NCBI GenBank assembly: GCA_964402555.1
Contig: CAYOCT010000001.1
Location: forward strand, 204,049-268,048
Source: an uncultured Nitrospiraceae bacterium
Lineage (GTDB): Bacteria > Hydrogenedentota > Hydrogenedentia > Hydrogenedentales > SLHB01
DNA: 64,000 nt
Direction: 5' to 3'
Shown here: positions 29,729-43,369 of the stretch, one piece after another
Layout: each line of letters opens with the position of its first letter
Position numbering within the stretch: the stretch's first letter is position 1
Notes under the pieces: model-generated
What the model saw: only the letters and a program-made list of their open reading frames with translations
Databases searched by the model: none
Told to the model about the DNA's origin: nothing
Translations under genes and position numbers: made by a program

Positions 29729-30129
29729 TGAAGAACGATGCAAGCGGTTTCTTGGAGTGGTTCGAGAAGGAGCGGGAGGAGATCATGGATCGCATTTTCA
29801 AGGTACTCGAGGAAAACCCGTACGAGGAACTTGGATGTGGACTCGTGATGGAATTGCACCAGCAGGCGCTGACAGCGGCCGCCCAGCAGGTAATGGACGC
29901 TCGTGCGGCACAGAAAGGCTACAGGGCCGCGATTGTGCCCTTTTCCAGCTACGAGCAGTATCGCTACGCGCTTTCGCGCGAGGAACTCATGGACGACCCT
30001 GAGCCCCCGACTCCCAAGAAACGGCGAGGGCCGGGAAGGAAGCGCAAGGAAACCCAGAAGGCCGATGGTACGCCGCAACTATTCTCGACAGATGAAAGTG
30101 AGGGAGCTACGCCGCAGGCTGCCGAATAG
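29729..30129 (+). CDS. Hypothetical protein
   Basis: RBS AAAGGAGAG before the ATG at 29729. Confidence 0.45.
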
Positions 30130-30339
30130 CAGAAGCGCCCCCACAGGTATCGGTTGACATCGCTGGCGCCGCGTTCGGAATGCTCGAGCGCGGCGCCCGC
30201 GAAACCGAAAGGTATTTATAGCCAACGCCATTTCCTCTTCTGTAGGGGCGCGATTCCCGGCTCATCAGCAAAACCAATCGAGAGACCGTTTGCGTATAGG
30301 GGCCCGGGACTTGTGTCCCGTTTCCTCTTCACGCTCTCG

Positions 30340-31089
30340 ATGATATCCTGCAATCCGCTTATTCAAGGCATCGTCCACGTCCAGGACCGGGTGTCGATGT
30401 ATACAAGACATGCACGCGACTTCTACTTCGAACTCCTGCTGACGACACACCTTTGCCCTACGTGCGGCGAGAAGATGCGAGTTATGGTCCCAGGCCAATG
30501 GCGGTGCAGGTGCAGCGTGGCTTTGGATCCCACTATCGAGTTCCAGCGCAGCGTCTGTTGTGATGCGCGACTGCGAAGGAAGCGATGCCATTACGCCTGC
30601 ACGCGCTGTGGCGCACAGGTGGCATCCAAGTTTCTGTTTCAGGAGCGGCTCTTTGATGGTCAGTACTTTTGTGAGAAGATGTCTGAATCCAGGCAACGAA
30701 AACGTCGCCGGAGGGAGGCCATGAAGCGCCTTCTGGCGGCGTCTCGTTCCTTGGACGTAACGATCACGGAATTTCCTACCGACTCAGATCTCGATTCTTT
30801 TTCCCAAGTTCTGGATGCCTTTGTAGGCCACGAGCAAATGCTGGAGGCCGACGCGTTTCTTGGGCGGGACTGTTTTCAGATGGAAGCATATCGATCAATG
30901 GTCCTGGCGAGCCTGCAGGGGAGAACGGTCCGATTCGATACTCTGCCTCCTGTCTGTCCCGACAAGCGCCTTGACCGTATCAGGCGTTTCATCACGCTGC
31001 TCTTCATGGAACAGGCCCGCGAGGTCTGGCTTGAACAACGCGAGCGAGAGATACTGGTGATGCCCTATGAAACTTACGTCGAAGGATAA
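30340..31089 (+). CDS. Cys-rich (Zn-ribbon-like) hypothetical protein; start uncertain
   Basis: CPTCGEKMRV...CRC...CTRCG. Confidence 0.4.
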   Translation: MISCNPLIQGIVHVQDRVSMYTRHARDFYFELLLTTHLCPTCGEKMRVMVPGQWRCRCSVALDPTIEFQRSVCCDARLRRKRCHYACTRCGAQVASKFLFQERLFDGQYFCEKMSESRQRKRRRREAMKRLLAASRSLDVTITEFPTDSDLDSFSQVLDAFVGHEQMLEADAFLGRDCFQMEAYRSMVLASLQGRTVRFDTLPPVCPDKRLDRIRRFITLLFMEQAREVWLEQREREILVMPYETYVEG

Positions 31090-31456
31090 GACGTTCCTCT
31101 GCAACCTGCGCGGACTTCTCGAAGAAAGGCAGTTGCGTATCGAACTGAAGGACGACGGTCTCAAGCATTTCGTTCTTCGCCAGAATTATGGCGACCGAAT
31201 TGAATGCGTATTCGGGATGACCCGACAGGGCGTCAGGTGGCGCTTTCAGCGGCTCTTCAATGAAGTCTATGTGGAGGCCTACGAGCGCGTCTGGTGGATA
31301 GAGGCCAACTTCGGCACGGAACTTAGGCACCATGCGATAGCCATGGCCAAGGAGCGGATCGAGCTTCGCAAGCAAGCTCAGAAAGTGGGCGCTCTTTGCC
31401 TTTCTCGACGGGAAACAGGTCAAAAGGGCGCTGAGTCAGCTGGCCCCGGATTGTAA
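31067..31456 (+). CDS. Hypothetical protein
   Basis: Overlaps the upstream gene by 23 nt. Confidence 0.4.
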   Translation: MKLTSKDKTFLCNLRGLLEERQLRIELKDDGLKHFVLRQNYGDRIECVFGMTRQGVRWRFQRLFNEVYVEAYERVWWIEANFGTELRHHAIAMAKERIELRKQAQKVGALCLSRRETGQKGAESAGPGL

Positions 31457-31700
31457 AGGCTTTTCCACTCCTACGATGGCGCCTTTGTCGCCCGTCGGAG
31501 GCCACGAAAAGAGCCGGAAAACCCGGCCGTTTGCCTCTTGAGGGTGGCCGCCTGCGCACAAACCGCACGGATTCGCACGGTTATTGCGGGACGCTTCGTG
31601 GCCAGCATGCACAAACGGGCAAGCCGCGACTCTTTAACATGACCGCGATCATGCCACTCCTTCCCAGTTGCCCATTCTTGGAGCAGAAAGCAGGGTCAAA

Positions 31701-32117
31701 ATGACACCAAACACCAAAATCGACCTAAACAGCAACAAGCTCGCTCGTATGGAAGGGCTGGACGACCTCGCGCGCGTTTTGTTTCCGGGCAATAGGAATC
31801 AGCAACGCGTTTTCCTCGCTATCTTCGTCGAACTCAAATGGGCGCCTGGGCAATTTGTCTCTGCCCTGGAGTCCGTCGCAGACAGACATGGTATAAGCCG
31901 CCGCACACTCGAGACTGTGCGCGCGAAGATGCGACGATTGGGCATCATTGAACACGTTAGCAGGTTCAACAAGAGACACGGGTATCGGGAAGGTTGGGTC
32001 TTCTCACGACGATTGGAACGCACTCTTGTGAATTTCAGCGAAGCGGTGGCGAGGTTGCGGCAACCTGGCGCGCCGCAACAGGAGCGAAAAGACAGGGGCG
32101 TTCACAACTATCTGTAA
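31701..32117 (+). CDS. Hypothetical wHTH-like protein
   Basis: ATG chosen at MTPNTKIDL. Confidence 0.4.
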   Translation: MTPNTKIDLNSNKLARMEGLDDLARVLFPGNRNQQRVFLAIFVELKWAPGQFVSALESVADRHGISRRTLETVRAKMRRLGIIEHVSRFNKRHGYREGWVFSRRLERTLVNFSEAVARLRQPGAPQQERKDRGVHNYL

Positions 32118-32201
32118 GTAGTCCCACTTTGCAGTGACACGAAAAGTTTAAGTTCTGTCTCCGGTTTACGCGTCCAGTAGGTTGTACTTGAGGTGAGGAA
32201 G

Positions 32202-33290
32202 ATGGACGTTCAGGCGTATCTCGAGGGGCGGAAGGAGCAGATCAAGAAAGAGGCTGGAAAGGTCAAGGATTTCTCGGTGTTCGATTTCAGCTACATCCCG
32301 TCCCAGCCGGTCATGCGCGAGGAGGCGAAGGTCCTCATTGATGCCGTACTGCGGTATGACCATACGGGCATACCCAAGAACCTGGCGCTGTTCGGCAGCC
32401 GGGGGTCTGGAAAAACGCTCATGGTCCGTTACCTCGCCAAGGAGCTTCATTCTGAAGGTGGCGTGAAGATTCTCTACGCCAATGTCCGGAACCACAACAC
32501 AAGTTTCAAAATACTCGAGTGTTTACTGCATGCGCAGGCCAAGGGCGCATCGTTCGCCGACCTCTTCTCTGCCTTCCGCGCGAGGTATGCTGGCAGGACC
32601 GTCGTGGTCCTTGATGAGATCGACCTCATAGGGCCGCGCGATAAGAACATGGAGATTCTTTACCGCCTATCCCGTAGCCGCAACAACTATATGGCGGTCC
32701 TTCTTTCAAACAGTCCGCGACTGATGCAGAAACTCGACGCGTCCACGCGCAGCACGCTTCAACCGGAGATCGTGCATTTCAAGGACTATGATGCGGAGCA
32801 GATGTTTGCGATCCTGGTTGATCGGGCAAACGACGGGCTTGTTCGCTTTGATGAGGAGACGCTTCGAAAGATTGCGGCGCTCGCGGTCCGCAACACCAAC
32901 TCGGATGTCCGCGTTGCCATCAAGACGCTCTTTTACGCCGCCACCGAAACCGGACTGTCCGTCGAGCATGCATTCGAACGCGCCACGCAGGACGTGGTCG
33001 TGGACGTCATCCATGACTTAAACGACAAATCGCTTCTGATTCTTGAGAGCTTGCGGAGAACAAAGAATGGGTTCGTCAAAGATGCCTACCAGACGTATAA
33101 GGACCTGAGCGCAGCCATTGGCGAACCGCCGTTTTCATACATGCATTTCTACAACAATCTGAGCCACCTGCAATCCTGCGGGCTCATCCTGCTGATGTCC
33201 ACCAAAGTCAATAGAACGTACACAAATCAGATCCGTCTTCTTTTTGACCCGGCGATCGCTGCCGAGACGTTCAAGCAGCGGTTTCGATGA
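32202..33290 (+). CDS. Orc1/Cdc6-type AAA+ ATPase with C-terminal winged helix
   Basis: VFDFSYIPSQPVMREEAKVLIDAVL...NLALFGSRGSGKT and Walker B VVVLDEIDL. RBS AGGTGAGG. Confidence 0.75.
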   Translation: MDVQAYLEGRKEQIKKEAGKVKDFSVFDFSYIPSQPVMREEAKVLIDAVLRYDHTGIPKNLALFGSRGSGKTLMVRYLAKELHSEGGVKILYANVRNHNTSFKILECLLHAQAKGASFADLFSAFRARYAGRTVVVLDEIDLIGPRDKNMEILYRLSRSRNNYMAVLLSNSPRLMQKLDASTRSTLQPEIVHFKDYDAEQMFAILVDRANDGLVRFDEETLRKIAALAVRNTNSDVRVAIKTLFYAATETGLSVEHAFERATQDVVVDVIHDLNDKSLLILESLRRTKNGFVKDAYQTYKDLSAAIGEPPFSYMHFYNNLSHLQSCGLILLMSTKVNRTYTNQIRLLFDPAIAAETFKQRFR

Positions 33291-33516
33291 ACAGGCCGAG
33301 CAACTCTGCGCGGAGGTAGGGGGGTGGGTTTACGCGTCAACGCGGGTCCCCCATACCTCGGTACTCTCTGTGTAGATGAACTCGATTCTTGCCCCTACCG
33401 CGGACATGAAAGCCCCGCTTCTTTATAGACTTTTCCGAGCACTGGCGAGTGAAAACGGAGGCAACACGCCATACAGGTTATGCGTCTGTTTGCGTGTAAA
33501 ACGCGCCCCCCCGTAT

Positions 33517-36600
<3,084 letters not shown>

Positions 36601-36601
36601 G

Positions 36602-38011
36602 CTATCGGGCCTTCACAGGAAAACGTTTTCCAGATTCCGTCACGTAAACAAGTTGTGAATTACCGCCCAACGTAGCGGACACTTCCGCAGTTCTGAACCG
36701 CTCGCCATCCGTTGTAAGGCCCGTATCGCGGAAGGATAGGCTCTGCGGTTGGCCGTTGTCACTCTTCGCGGGATTCACCGCCGTGACGGCCTTAGCCGTT
36801 ATCGTTCCGCCGCCTCGTGGAATGTCAACCGAAACAGTTGCCGTACTTGAGGCCAATGTTCCGGCATTCTGTGCCGTGGCGCTGAGCGACGCCCCGCTAT
36901 AGGGTTTGATTTCAACCGTAATGAGGGTGTTGATCGGCACGTTCTCAGCACAGACGACGACCGGCATCGGGCTTACCAGTTCTCCGGGCAGAAGCACATC
37001 TGGCGAGGTCGCGGAGCCAGAGGGATTCGTGGGAACCGATATTCCCGCCACCTGCGTGATTGAAAGGCGCGGCGTTACGCCTGACGGCAGGAAAAGGATA
37101 CTCTGCATTCCGCGAGTTGTCACTCCCGCGCATCCACCGGTAAAGTTGTCGGCCAGTGCCTCGAGCCTAATGCGGCCTTGGCCTGCGTCACTTGGCCAGT
37201 AAGGGTATGGTGGCCAGCAGCGCCCTCCGCTTGTGTTGAGATAGCCAGCACCACTGAGTGACGAAGCGACCAGACGTATTGCCCCCCCGCTGCCAGCGCC
37301 ACCCCCGCAACCCGCATCTCGGTTTGTCGTTCCACCAACAGCACTAATGCTACCCGATATAGAGATGTTATTGGATGCAACGATGAGGATCGCCCCCCCT
37401 CCGCCAGTTCCGCCCGCAGCGTACGGATGTCCGGCCTCGAACAAGAACCTACCCCCGCCCCCGCCGGAGCCGCCGACAAGGGGAAGTAGGAATACGTTTC
37501 CGTAAGTGTCCCCCGGAGGATATTGACCGCCCATTGCCGTGCCAGCCGTACCGAATGACGCGTTTCCACCGCCCAAGAGATCAGCGGTGACTTTTCCGCC
37601 TCCGGGACCTTGACCTGCTTCAGGCATCTCCGCCCCCGGACCCAGAGGTCCTCTGCCACCCGCATATCCACCTGGTCCGCCTGCAGTTGGGTTTCTGTCC
37701 GTATTCGTCTGGCCATCAATTGACACTGTACCGGAAATCACGCATGAATCCTGGATGAGCCATACTACAGGCGTGTTAGCACCATTTGGCTTAAAGGAAA
37801 CTGTGATTCCTTGCGGAATGTTGACGGAAGCATACTGATATATCCCGTCCGGGTGGTCGGCCATGTCGATTACCAGGTTCGCAGTCGGGTTAAGAACCCC
37901 GTCATGGCCGTCGCTGCCGCTATTGAACGCAGCATAGCCGCTCGAAACGGCAAGCAGAACGGACACAAACGCCAAGAGAGCGGATCTCGATGTGCTTCGA
38001 ACGCCCGACAT
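36602..38011 (-). CDS. Secreted glycine-rich (beta-helix-like) protein
   Basis: RBS TAGGAGG before MSGVRSTS. Hydrophobic signal. GGxGG-rich repeats. Confidence 0.55.
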   Translation of the reverse strand: MSGVRSTSRSALLAFVSVLLAVSSGYAAFNSGSDGHDGVLNPTANLVIDMADHPDGIYQYASVNIPQGITVSFKPNGANTPVVWLIQDSCVISGTVSIDGQTNTDRNPTAGGPGGYAGGRGPLGPGAEMPEAGQGPGGGKVTADLLGGGNASFGTAGTAMGGQYPPGDTYGNVFLLPLVGGSGGGGGRFLFEAGHPYAAGGTGGGGAILIVASNNISISGSISAVGGTTNRDAGCGGGAGSGGAIRLVASSLSGAGYLNTSGGRCWPPYPYWPSDAGQGRIRLEALADNFTGGCAGVTTRGMQSILFLPSGVTPRLSITQVAGISVPTNPSGSATSPDVLLPGELVSPMPVVVCAENVPINTLITVEIKPYSGASLSATAQNAGTLASSTATVSVDIPRGGGTITAKAVTAVNPAKSDNGQPQSLSFRDTGLTTDGERFRTAEVSATLGGNSQLVYVTESGKRFPVKAR

Positions 38012-38045
38012 TGGATTCCTCCTAACGCGGGGCATGTTCGCCCCG

Positions 38046-38711
38046 TCAGTCAACTTGTACGACGTGTTTTCCTTGTCTTCGCTTATGACCGTGAATCGCG
38101 GTGAAAAGAGCGACGTATGCTCCACCCCCAAGGACCAACACGGCCAAGTACCGCATCTCCTTGCCAAGAAGCATGACTGCGAGTGCTGAGAACATGGCAA
38201 ACAAGGCAGCATTCATGAGCCAACGCCCGGCTAGGATAAAGCCACTCTTGGGATAGAAGAAGCCCCAGTGCTTGATAACTTGGTGCGAAGCTGAATGGAA
38301 GCAGATCATCGCGAACGTGAAACCAAAGAGGGCGATCGTCATGAGCCAGATGGTGCGCTGGGCCGTGGGGGACAGGGGACCATCTCGAGAAAGAAACTGA
38401 AGCAAGGACGCAAAGAGGAAACCGTCAAAGATCGCAATCATCGCGACGGACGCTTGATAGATATTGAACGACTCGGCCACGTGATCTCGAAGGTCTTGCT
38501 TCGGATTTGACTCCTCTCGCGCACTTTTTCGCACAATAGCAACTCCCGCCATTTCGTTACCAGCATAGTTTCCTGCGCGCGGGAAATCAAGGATATGCGA
38601 GACACGGAAATGGGCGCAGTTCTGCGCATATGAGTAAGGCGTTCCGGACCATCCCGGCTCAGCTCTGGACACCTTTTCCAGGGCCGCCGTCACGTGCTTG
38701 CAGAACATCAA
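38046..38711 (-). CDS. Multi-pass membrane protein, hypothetical
   Basis: Several hydrophobic segments (LMTIALFGFTFAMICF, LFAMFSALAVMLLG). Confidence 0.5.
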   Translation of the reverse strand: MMFCKHVTAALEKVSRAEPGWSGTPYSYAQNCAHFRVSHILDFPRAGNYAGNEMAGVAIVRKSAREESNPKQDLRDHVAESFNIYQASVAMIAIFDGFLFASLLQFLSRDGPLSPTAQRTIWLMTIALFGFTFAMICFHSASHQVIKHWGFFYPKSGFILAGRWLMNAALFAMFSALAVMLLGKEMRYLAVLVLGGGAYVALFTAIHGHKRRQGKHVVQVD

Positions 38712-39119
38712 AGGGATGTACGTGCTGGCCCGGGACCGATCCCTGAGTGTCCCGTTTATCTTGCGCCTGAGTGTTCGTATGACCTTACAGTCAGCTCGGA
38801 CCGAAAGATTTATATCCCAGCGTTCATTACCGGCCTGTAACTACACAATTCGCGGCTCTGAAGTATCGGCAAAGCAGCGCATTCGCGCTCATGCCGGTGT
38901 TTCACCGCGACCAACCCATCAGGGCTACCGCAGCACAGGCACCCGCAAGGGAAGTCCGGCTGACGCCCACAACCTTCATCGAAAGGAGATGAGCATGAAC
39001 CATCGAGACCCTGAGCGGTCTCCGACGGATGATTCCGTCGACAACCCAAATTTGGAGAGCGATAGCTCTCACTGTTTCTGAATGCATAACAACTCAGATC
39101 AAAGAAAGGAACCAACGCT

Positions 39120-39590
39120 ATGGTTATTCGAACGCAATGCAAGAAATGCGGCGTGACCATCAAGCTGGACTTCGGCAACCTGACCAAGGAAGAAGCTTTG
39201 GCGGTTGCCGAAAAGATGGACTGCGCGCCGCGCGAGTGTCCGGGGATGCATGTGGAGCTTGGAGGCTGGAAAACCCTCTATGATCTCGACAATGCCATTC
39301 ATCGGGCCTATGACCTGGGCGAGGGCGAAGAGCCTGAGCCGGTCATCACAGACAAGGAGTACGTGGACAAGCTGCTTGCCGAGGGCAGGGACGTCATTGA
39401 CGGCGGACTCAACACAGTTCCGGAACTGAACCTGCCGCGCCTTCACGATCTTCCCGGTCTGGACCACATGGGGTTCGGCGATTTCAAGAACGCCACCCAC
39501 CTGTTTCTCCGTTGCGACAGCCCGCGGGGCACGCGTTTCTACAATCGTGTCGAGACTGCGGACGTGCAAGCTGTCGGCAATCCCGCCTGA
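39120..39590 (+). CDS. Hypothetical protein
   Basis: 156-aa ORF. Confidence 0.4.
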   Translation: MVIRTQCKKCGVTIKLDFGNLTKEEALAVAEKMDCAPRECPGMHVELGGWKTLYDLDNAIHRAYDLGEGEEPEPVITDKEYVDKLLAEGRDVIDGGLNTVPELNLPRLHDLPGLDHMGFGDFKNATHLFLRCDSPRGTRFYNRVETADVQAVGNPA

Positions 39591-39781
39591 TCTCTTCCCG
39601 CCTCAGTTTTCACAATCACTCGCATTTGCCAAGAACTGAGATTCAATCGTCAACCTCCATACGATCGTCTCTTCGCACGCCCGTTCGGGGATACGAACGG
39701 ACGACCGTGTGGCACAACCCGTATCGGCCCGACAGGACAACCATGGCCTGTCGGGCCTTTCAACAAAGGAGGTGTTTAAGA

Positions 39782-40633
39782 ATGAAACTTTTCGGACATG
39801 CACAAGAAGTGGGTCAACGTATTGTGGAAGCTTTCAGACAACCGGACCGGCTGCCTGTGGCGCTCGCGCCAATCTTCATCCGCCGCAAGGACGACGTTCC
39901 CTGCCGGAAATGGTCCTGGCACAACCAGCTCATTGCTGCGTTGTGCGGCACCACCGACGCGCGGGGCTTTCGCCAATGGGATGACGTCAAGCGGAAAGTC
40001 AAGAAGGGCTGCAAAGCCATCTGGATTCTGGCTCCTTGCGTCAAGAACATCAAGGAAAAGAACGCCAGAGGTGAGGAAGTCGAGCGGCGTGTGCTGTTCG
40101 GATTCCGTGGCATCCCCGTGTTCGCGGTCGAGGACACGGAAGGCGTGGCTTTGCCAGCGTCGGATGACCGGTATGATTCCTGGGTTCGGGAGCTTCCATT
40201 ACTGGAAGTTGCCAAGGCCTGGGACATCACTGTCGGCACGTACACCGGCAGCGAAACGACGCCGCTCGGGTATTTCCAATACGGATTCGGAAACCAAGCG
40301 GTCATGCTCGGCGTAGAAAACCTCAGCACCTGGGCGCACGAGATGGTCCATGCCGCCGACCACCGCTTGGCCGAAGGCACGCAAAGCGGCCGCGCCTACA
40401 AAGAGATCGTCGCGGAACTCGGCGGCGCCGTGCTCCTCGAGTGTCTCGGTATGAGTAACGATGCCGATCTCGGCGGGGCGTACAGCTACATCCAGCGGTA
40501 TGCCGAGGAAACGGGCAAGGACGTGGTTCGAGCCTGCATCGAATTGCTGGACCGCGTCTGCAATTGCGTAAAGTTGATCCTGGATACCGCGGAAACGCTG
40601 CAACAACAGCAAGAGGTCGTTGTTGCCGCCTGA
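39782..40633 (+). CDS. ardC: ArdC-like antirestriction protein (N-terminal ssDNA-binding domain plus zincin HExxH domain)
   Basis: RBS AAGGAGG. Motif WAHEMVHAADHRL. Confidence 0.7.
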   Translation: MKLFGHAQEVGQRIVEAFRQPDRLPVALAPIFIRRKDDVPCRKWSWHNQLIAALCGTTDARGFRQWDDVKRKVKKGCKAIWILAPCVKNIKEKNARGEEVERRVLFGFRGIPVFAVEDTEGVALPASDDRYDSWVRELPLLEVAKAWDITVGTYTGSETTPLGYFQYGFGNQAVMLGVENLSTWAHEMVHAADHRLAEGTQSGRAYKEIVAELGGAVLLECLGMSNDADLGGAYSYIQRYAEETGKDVVRACIELLDRVCNCVKLILDTAETLQQQQEVVVAA

Positions 40634-40709
40634 TCTATTCACACCAACCAAGGCCCGGCAGGAACCCAATGCCCTGCCGGGCCGAATATTTTCAGGAGGT
40701 GAACCAATC

Positions 40710-41075
40710 ATGAACATCCGACCCATCACGCGCGAGGAAGCGAGAATCCGCGTTCTCGCCGAACCTGATCATGTTCCCGTGGAAGGCAACGCCTCTGGTT
40801 CCGGTGATGACGATTTCGACCGGGAAGTCGAGCACAACATCCTGTGTCGACTTCAGCAGGGTGACGTTTGGGCATGGGCGGCCGTTACGGTCGTCGTAGC
40901 TTGGTGCCATTTCGAGGGCAGAGCCCATCTTGGCTGCTGCTCCTACGCGGACGAGGATGACTTCAGACAGCCCGATGGCTACTTCGACGACATGGTCAAC
41001 GAAGCCTTGGAGGAACTCAACAAGAGCATTTCCGAGGCGTATCAGCGAATCAAAGAACGGGAAATGGCGGCGTAG
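40710..41075 (+). CDS. Hypothetical protein
   Basis: RBS CAGGAGGTG. Confidence 0.45.
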   Translation: MNIRPITREEARIRVLAEPDHVPVEGNASGSGDDDFDREVEHNILCRLQQGDVWAWAAVTVVVAWCHFEGRAHLGCCSYADEDDFRQPDGYFDDMVNEALEELNKSISEAYQRIKEREMAA

Positions 41076-41158
41076 CCCTTTCCCAGATAGAACATGAACC
41101 GGCCCGGTGATGACTCACATGCCCCACCGGGCCACAACTGTTTATGGAGGAACCAACT

Positions 41159-41461
41159 ATGAGCACGAAACAAGACATGCGGTTTTCGTTGGGCCAGATC
41201 GTGGCCACGCCCGGCGCACTCGAAGCGCTGCAGCGGAACAACGTCACCGGTTTCGACTTCTTGCGCAGGCATGCCTCAGGAGACTGGGGCATTGTTTGCG
41301 AGGAAGACAAACAAGCCAACGAACAGGCGCTCACAACCGGCGCCCGGCTGATGAGCGCGTACTTCCTGCCGGATGAGACCAAGCTGTGGATCATCACGGA
41401 AGCGGCCGACGAAGCGGGGAAGCGTGTCGCAACCACGATGCTGCTGCCGGACGAGTATTGA
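41159..41461 (+). CDS. Hypothetical protein
   Basis: RBS TGGAGGA. Confidence 0.45.
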   Translation: MSTKQDMRFSLGQIVATPGALEALQRNNVTGFDFLRRHASGDWGIVCEEDKQANEQALTTGARLMSAYFLPDETKLWIITEAADEAGKRVATTMLLPDEY

Positions 41462-41496
41462 AGCCGCTGATGCGCAACCGCCGGAGGATAACCCAA

Positions 41497-41736
41497 ATGG
41501 CAAAGATGTATCCGAAACAAGCCGTGGACATTGTTCAAAAGCTCCTCGGCCAGCGTGCCAAGAAACCAGGTCAAGACCCTTTGGGGCTGTTATCCCCGAA
41601 GCAAGTCCAGGCCATCACGTTCCTGGCCGACTTCGTCGATGAGGTCCGGCAGGCCAGGGATCTCGTCAGCGTCATAGAGCGCCTGTTTGACGAGGGCGTC
41701 ATCTATGAAGAAGACGAGGCGACAAACACGGGATAG
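41497..41736 (+). CDS. Hypothetical protein
   Basis: 79-aa ORF. Confidence 0.4.
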   Translation: MAKMYPKQAVDIVQKLLGQRAKKPGQDPLGLLSPKQVQAITFLADFVDEVRQARDLVSVIERLFDEGVIYEEDEATNTG

Positions 41737-41749
41737 GAGGTGATTCCCT

Positions 41750-42307
41750 ATGAAGACCGTTACGGAAACCATCACGAACATCGTCTATCAGTCTGAGTTC
41801 CTGCCAAATGTCCGTTCGATCAATCCGGCGTTCGCTCGTATCATCGCATGGGCGGACGACCATCCGGTCGTATGGCGGGTTGTGACTGAGCGCAGGAGTA
41901 AGGCCTTTGGCCTGGGTTCTTGCGAATACATTGGCTGGGCACAGAAGAGCAAAGAACCGGACGCGATTCTCGAGCGGGTCTGGCACATGCACGAGCTCGG
42001 TGAAGGTAAGAGTCCGTACCATGACCGGGACTCGATCTTCGTGTGGCGAGCCAAATTCACCCTGGAGCACTACCAGGACAAGAAGTTTACCGGCGGGTTC
42101 TTCCAGCAACACGACGCGAAGTATCCGCGGTCGTGTCTCACACTGGATTACACGCCCGAGACCTTCAGCGAGGTGCTGGACCGGTTCTGCGCCTGGATGG
42201 ACCGCGCCTACGACACCGATCACGTGACAATCAACAAAATGACTGTCCGCACATTCCCTGGAAAGGAGGCGATGCCATGCCCGACAACGCTTGCTTTGAC
42301 GAAGTGA
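41750..42307 (+). CDS. Hypothetical protein
   Basis: 185-aa ORF. Confidence 0.45.
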   Translation: MKTVTETITNIVYQSEFLPNVRSINPAFARIIAWADDHPVVWRVVTERRSKAFGLGSCEYIGWAQKSKEPDAILERVWHMHELGEGKSPYHDRDSIFVWRAKFTLEHYQDKKFTGGFFQQHDAKYPRSCLTLDYTPETFSEVLDRFCAWMDRAYDTDHVTINKMTVRTFPGKEAMPCPTTLALTK

Positions 42308-42570
42308 GGAGGTTCGCGGAGTCCGAACAGGGCCGGCAATTCCTGGAAGGAATTCGCGACCATCTCAAAGGCCGCACCATCGATGAGGTCTCGTTTATCA
42401 ACAGTGGTGAAGGCTTCACGACCATTCTCCGTCTGAGCAATGGCCAGTGCTACGCCTTCAACGACGAAGAACTGTTCCTGGAAACCCTGCGCGAGCAGTT
42501 CAGCGGCCTGTTCCGTGAAATCGCGCACAACAACACACTCGCAAGGAAAGGAGATGAACACGATGAGTAA
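42277..42570 (+). CDS. Small hypothetical protein, paralog of 42867..43157
   Basis: RBS AAAGGAGG. LEGIRDHLKGRTIDEVSF here versus LEEIRSMLKGRTITDLSF in the paralog. Confidence 0.5.
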   Translation: MPDNACFDEVRRFAESEQGRQFLEGIRDHLKGRTIDEVSFINSGEGFTTILRLSNGQCYAFNDEELFLETLREQFSGLFREIAHNNTLARKGDEHDE

Positions 42571-42862
42571 TCGAGCATCGCTGGAACGAACCCTGTTCGC
42601 CGGCAATGGCGATAACGGCGGCTGGGGCTGGCGAATTTACGACGACTACTTTCGCAGCTTCGCGGACGATCACGAAGAGACCGAGGTCCCCAAAGACCCG
42701 CTGCAACTGCTAACCAAAGCCTGCGCCGAAGCAACCCCAGAGGAGCGCCTCTTCTTTGAGGACCTGCTGACCCAAGGCAAAGGTATGCGCATCAACGAGT
42801 CCTGGCACGAATTCGAGGAAATCGAACCCGCGCTTCGAGCAGGCCTGGAAAAGGAGGAATAA
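42563..42862 (+). CDS. Hypothetical protein
   Basis: RBS AAGGAG. Confidence 0.4.
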   Translation: MSNRASLERTLFAGNGDNGGWGWRIYDDYFRSFADDHEETEVPKDPLQLLTKACAEATPEERLFFEDLLTQGKGMRINESWHEFEEIEPALRAGLEKEE

Positions 42863-42866
42863 CCCC

Positions 42867-43157
42867 ATGGGCGATATCTGCAACATGAGCGACATCGACC
42901 GTTTTCTAAGATCGCCGGAAGGACAGGCGCATCTTGAGGAGATCCGCTCGATGCTCAAGGGCCGGACAATCACGGACCTAAGCTTTTCGAACGAGGTCCA
43001 GTGTGTGGAGACGACACTGCACCTCGATGATGGCGAGACGTTCGTGATTTATCAGCCGTCATTGGATGTGGACGCGTTGCGCGAAGAGTTCGCGGACGTG
43101 ATCCAGCGCGAGTACTACGTGGACTACCCCGAGCGCAAGAAGGAGGCTGAGACATGA
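42867..43157 (+). CDS. Small hypothetical protein, paralog of 42277..42570
   Basis: See the paralog entry. Confidence 0.5.
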   Translation: MGDICNMSDIDRFLRSPEGQAHLEEIRSMLKGRTITDLSFSNEVQCVETTLHLDDGETFVIYQPSLDVDALREEFADVIQREYYVDYPERKKEAET

Positions 43158-43369
43158 GCAAGCGCTATATGGTAGGCATTCGCGAAGTGCACGTGCGGTT
43201 CTATTCCGTGAAGGCGGCGAGCGAGGACAATGCCAAGGAACTTGTCAACCAGCGGGATTCTTCCGTAGTTGATGAGAACTTTCTCGAGTACTCGCATGAG
43301 ATGGCCCAGGACACCTGGTCTGTGGAGGAAATCCCGGACAAGGACCACTCGGAGGACGCACAGCCATGA
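43154..43369 (+). CDS. Hypothetical protein
   Basis: Overlapping start and stop with its neighbours. Confidence 0.4.
   Translation: MSKRYMVGIREVHVRFYSVKAASEDNAKELVNQRDSSVVDENFLEYSHEMAQDTWSVEEIPDKDHSEDAQP

Noticed and set aside
38698-39081. ORF 38698..39081 (Arg/Ser-rich) and a possible tRNA in 38760-38990
   Set aside because: The composition looks non-coding, and no cloverleaf or conserved T-loop (GGTTCGAATCC-like) could be found. Only a 30-aa ORF with an AAGGAG RBS near 38992 remains as a weak possibility.
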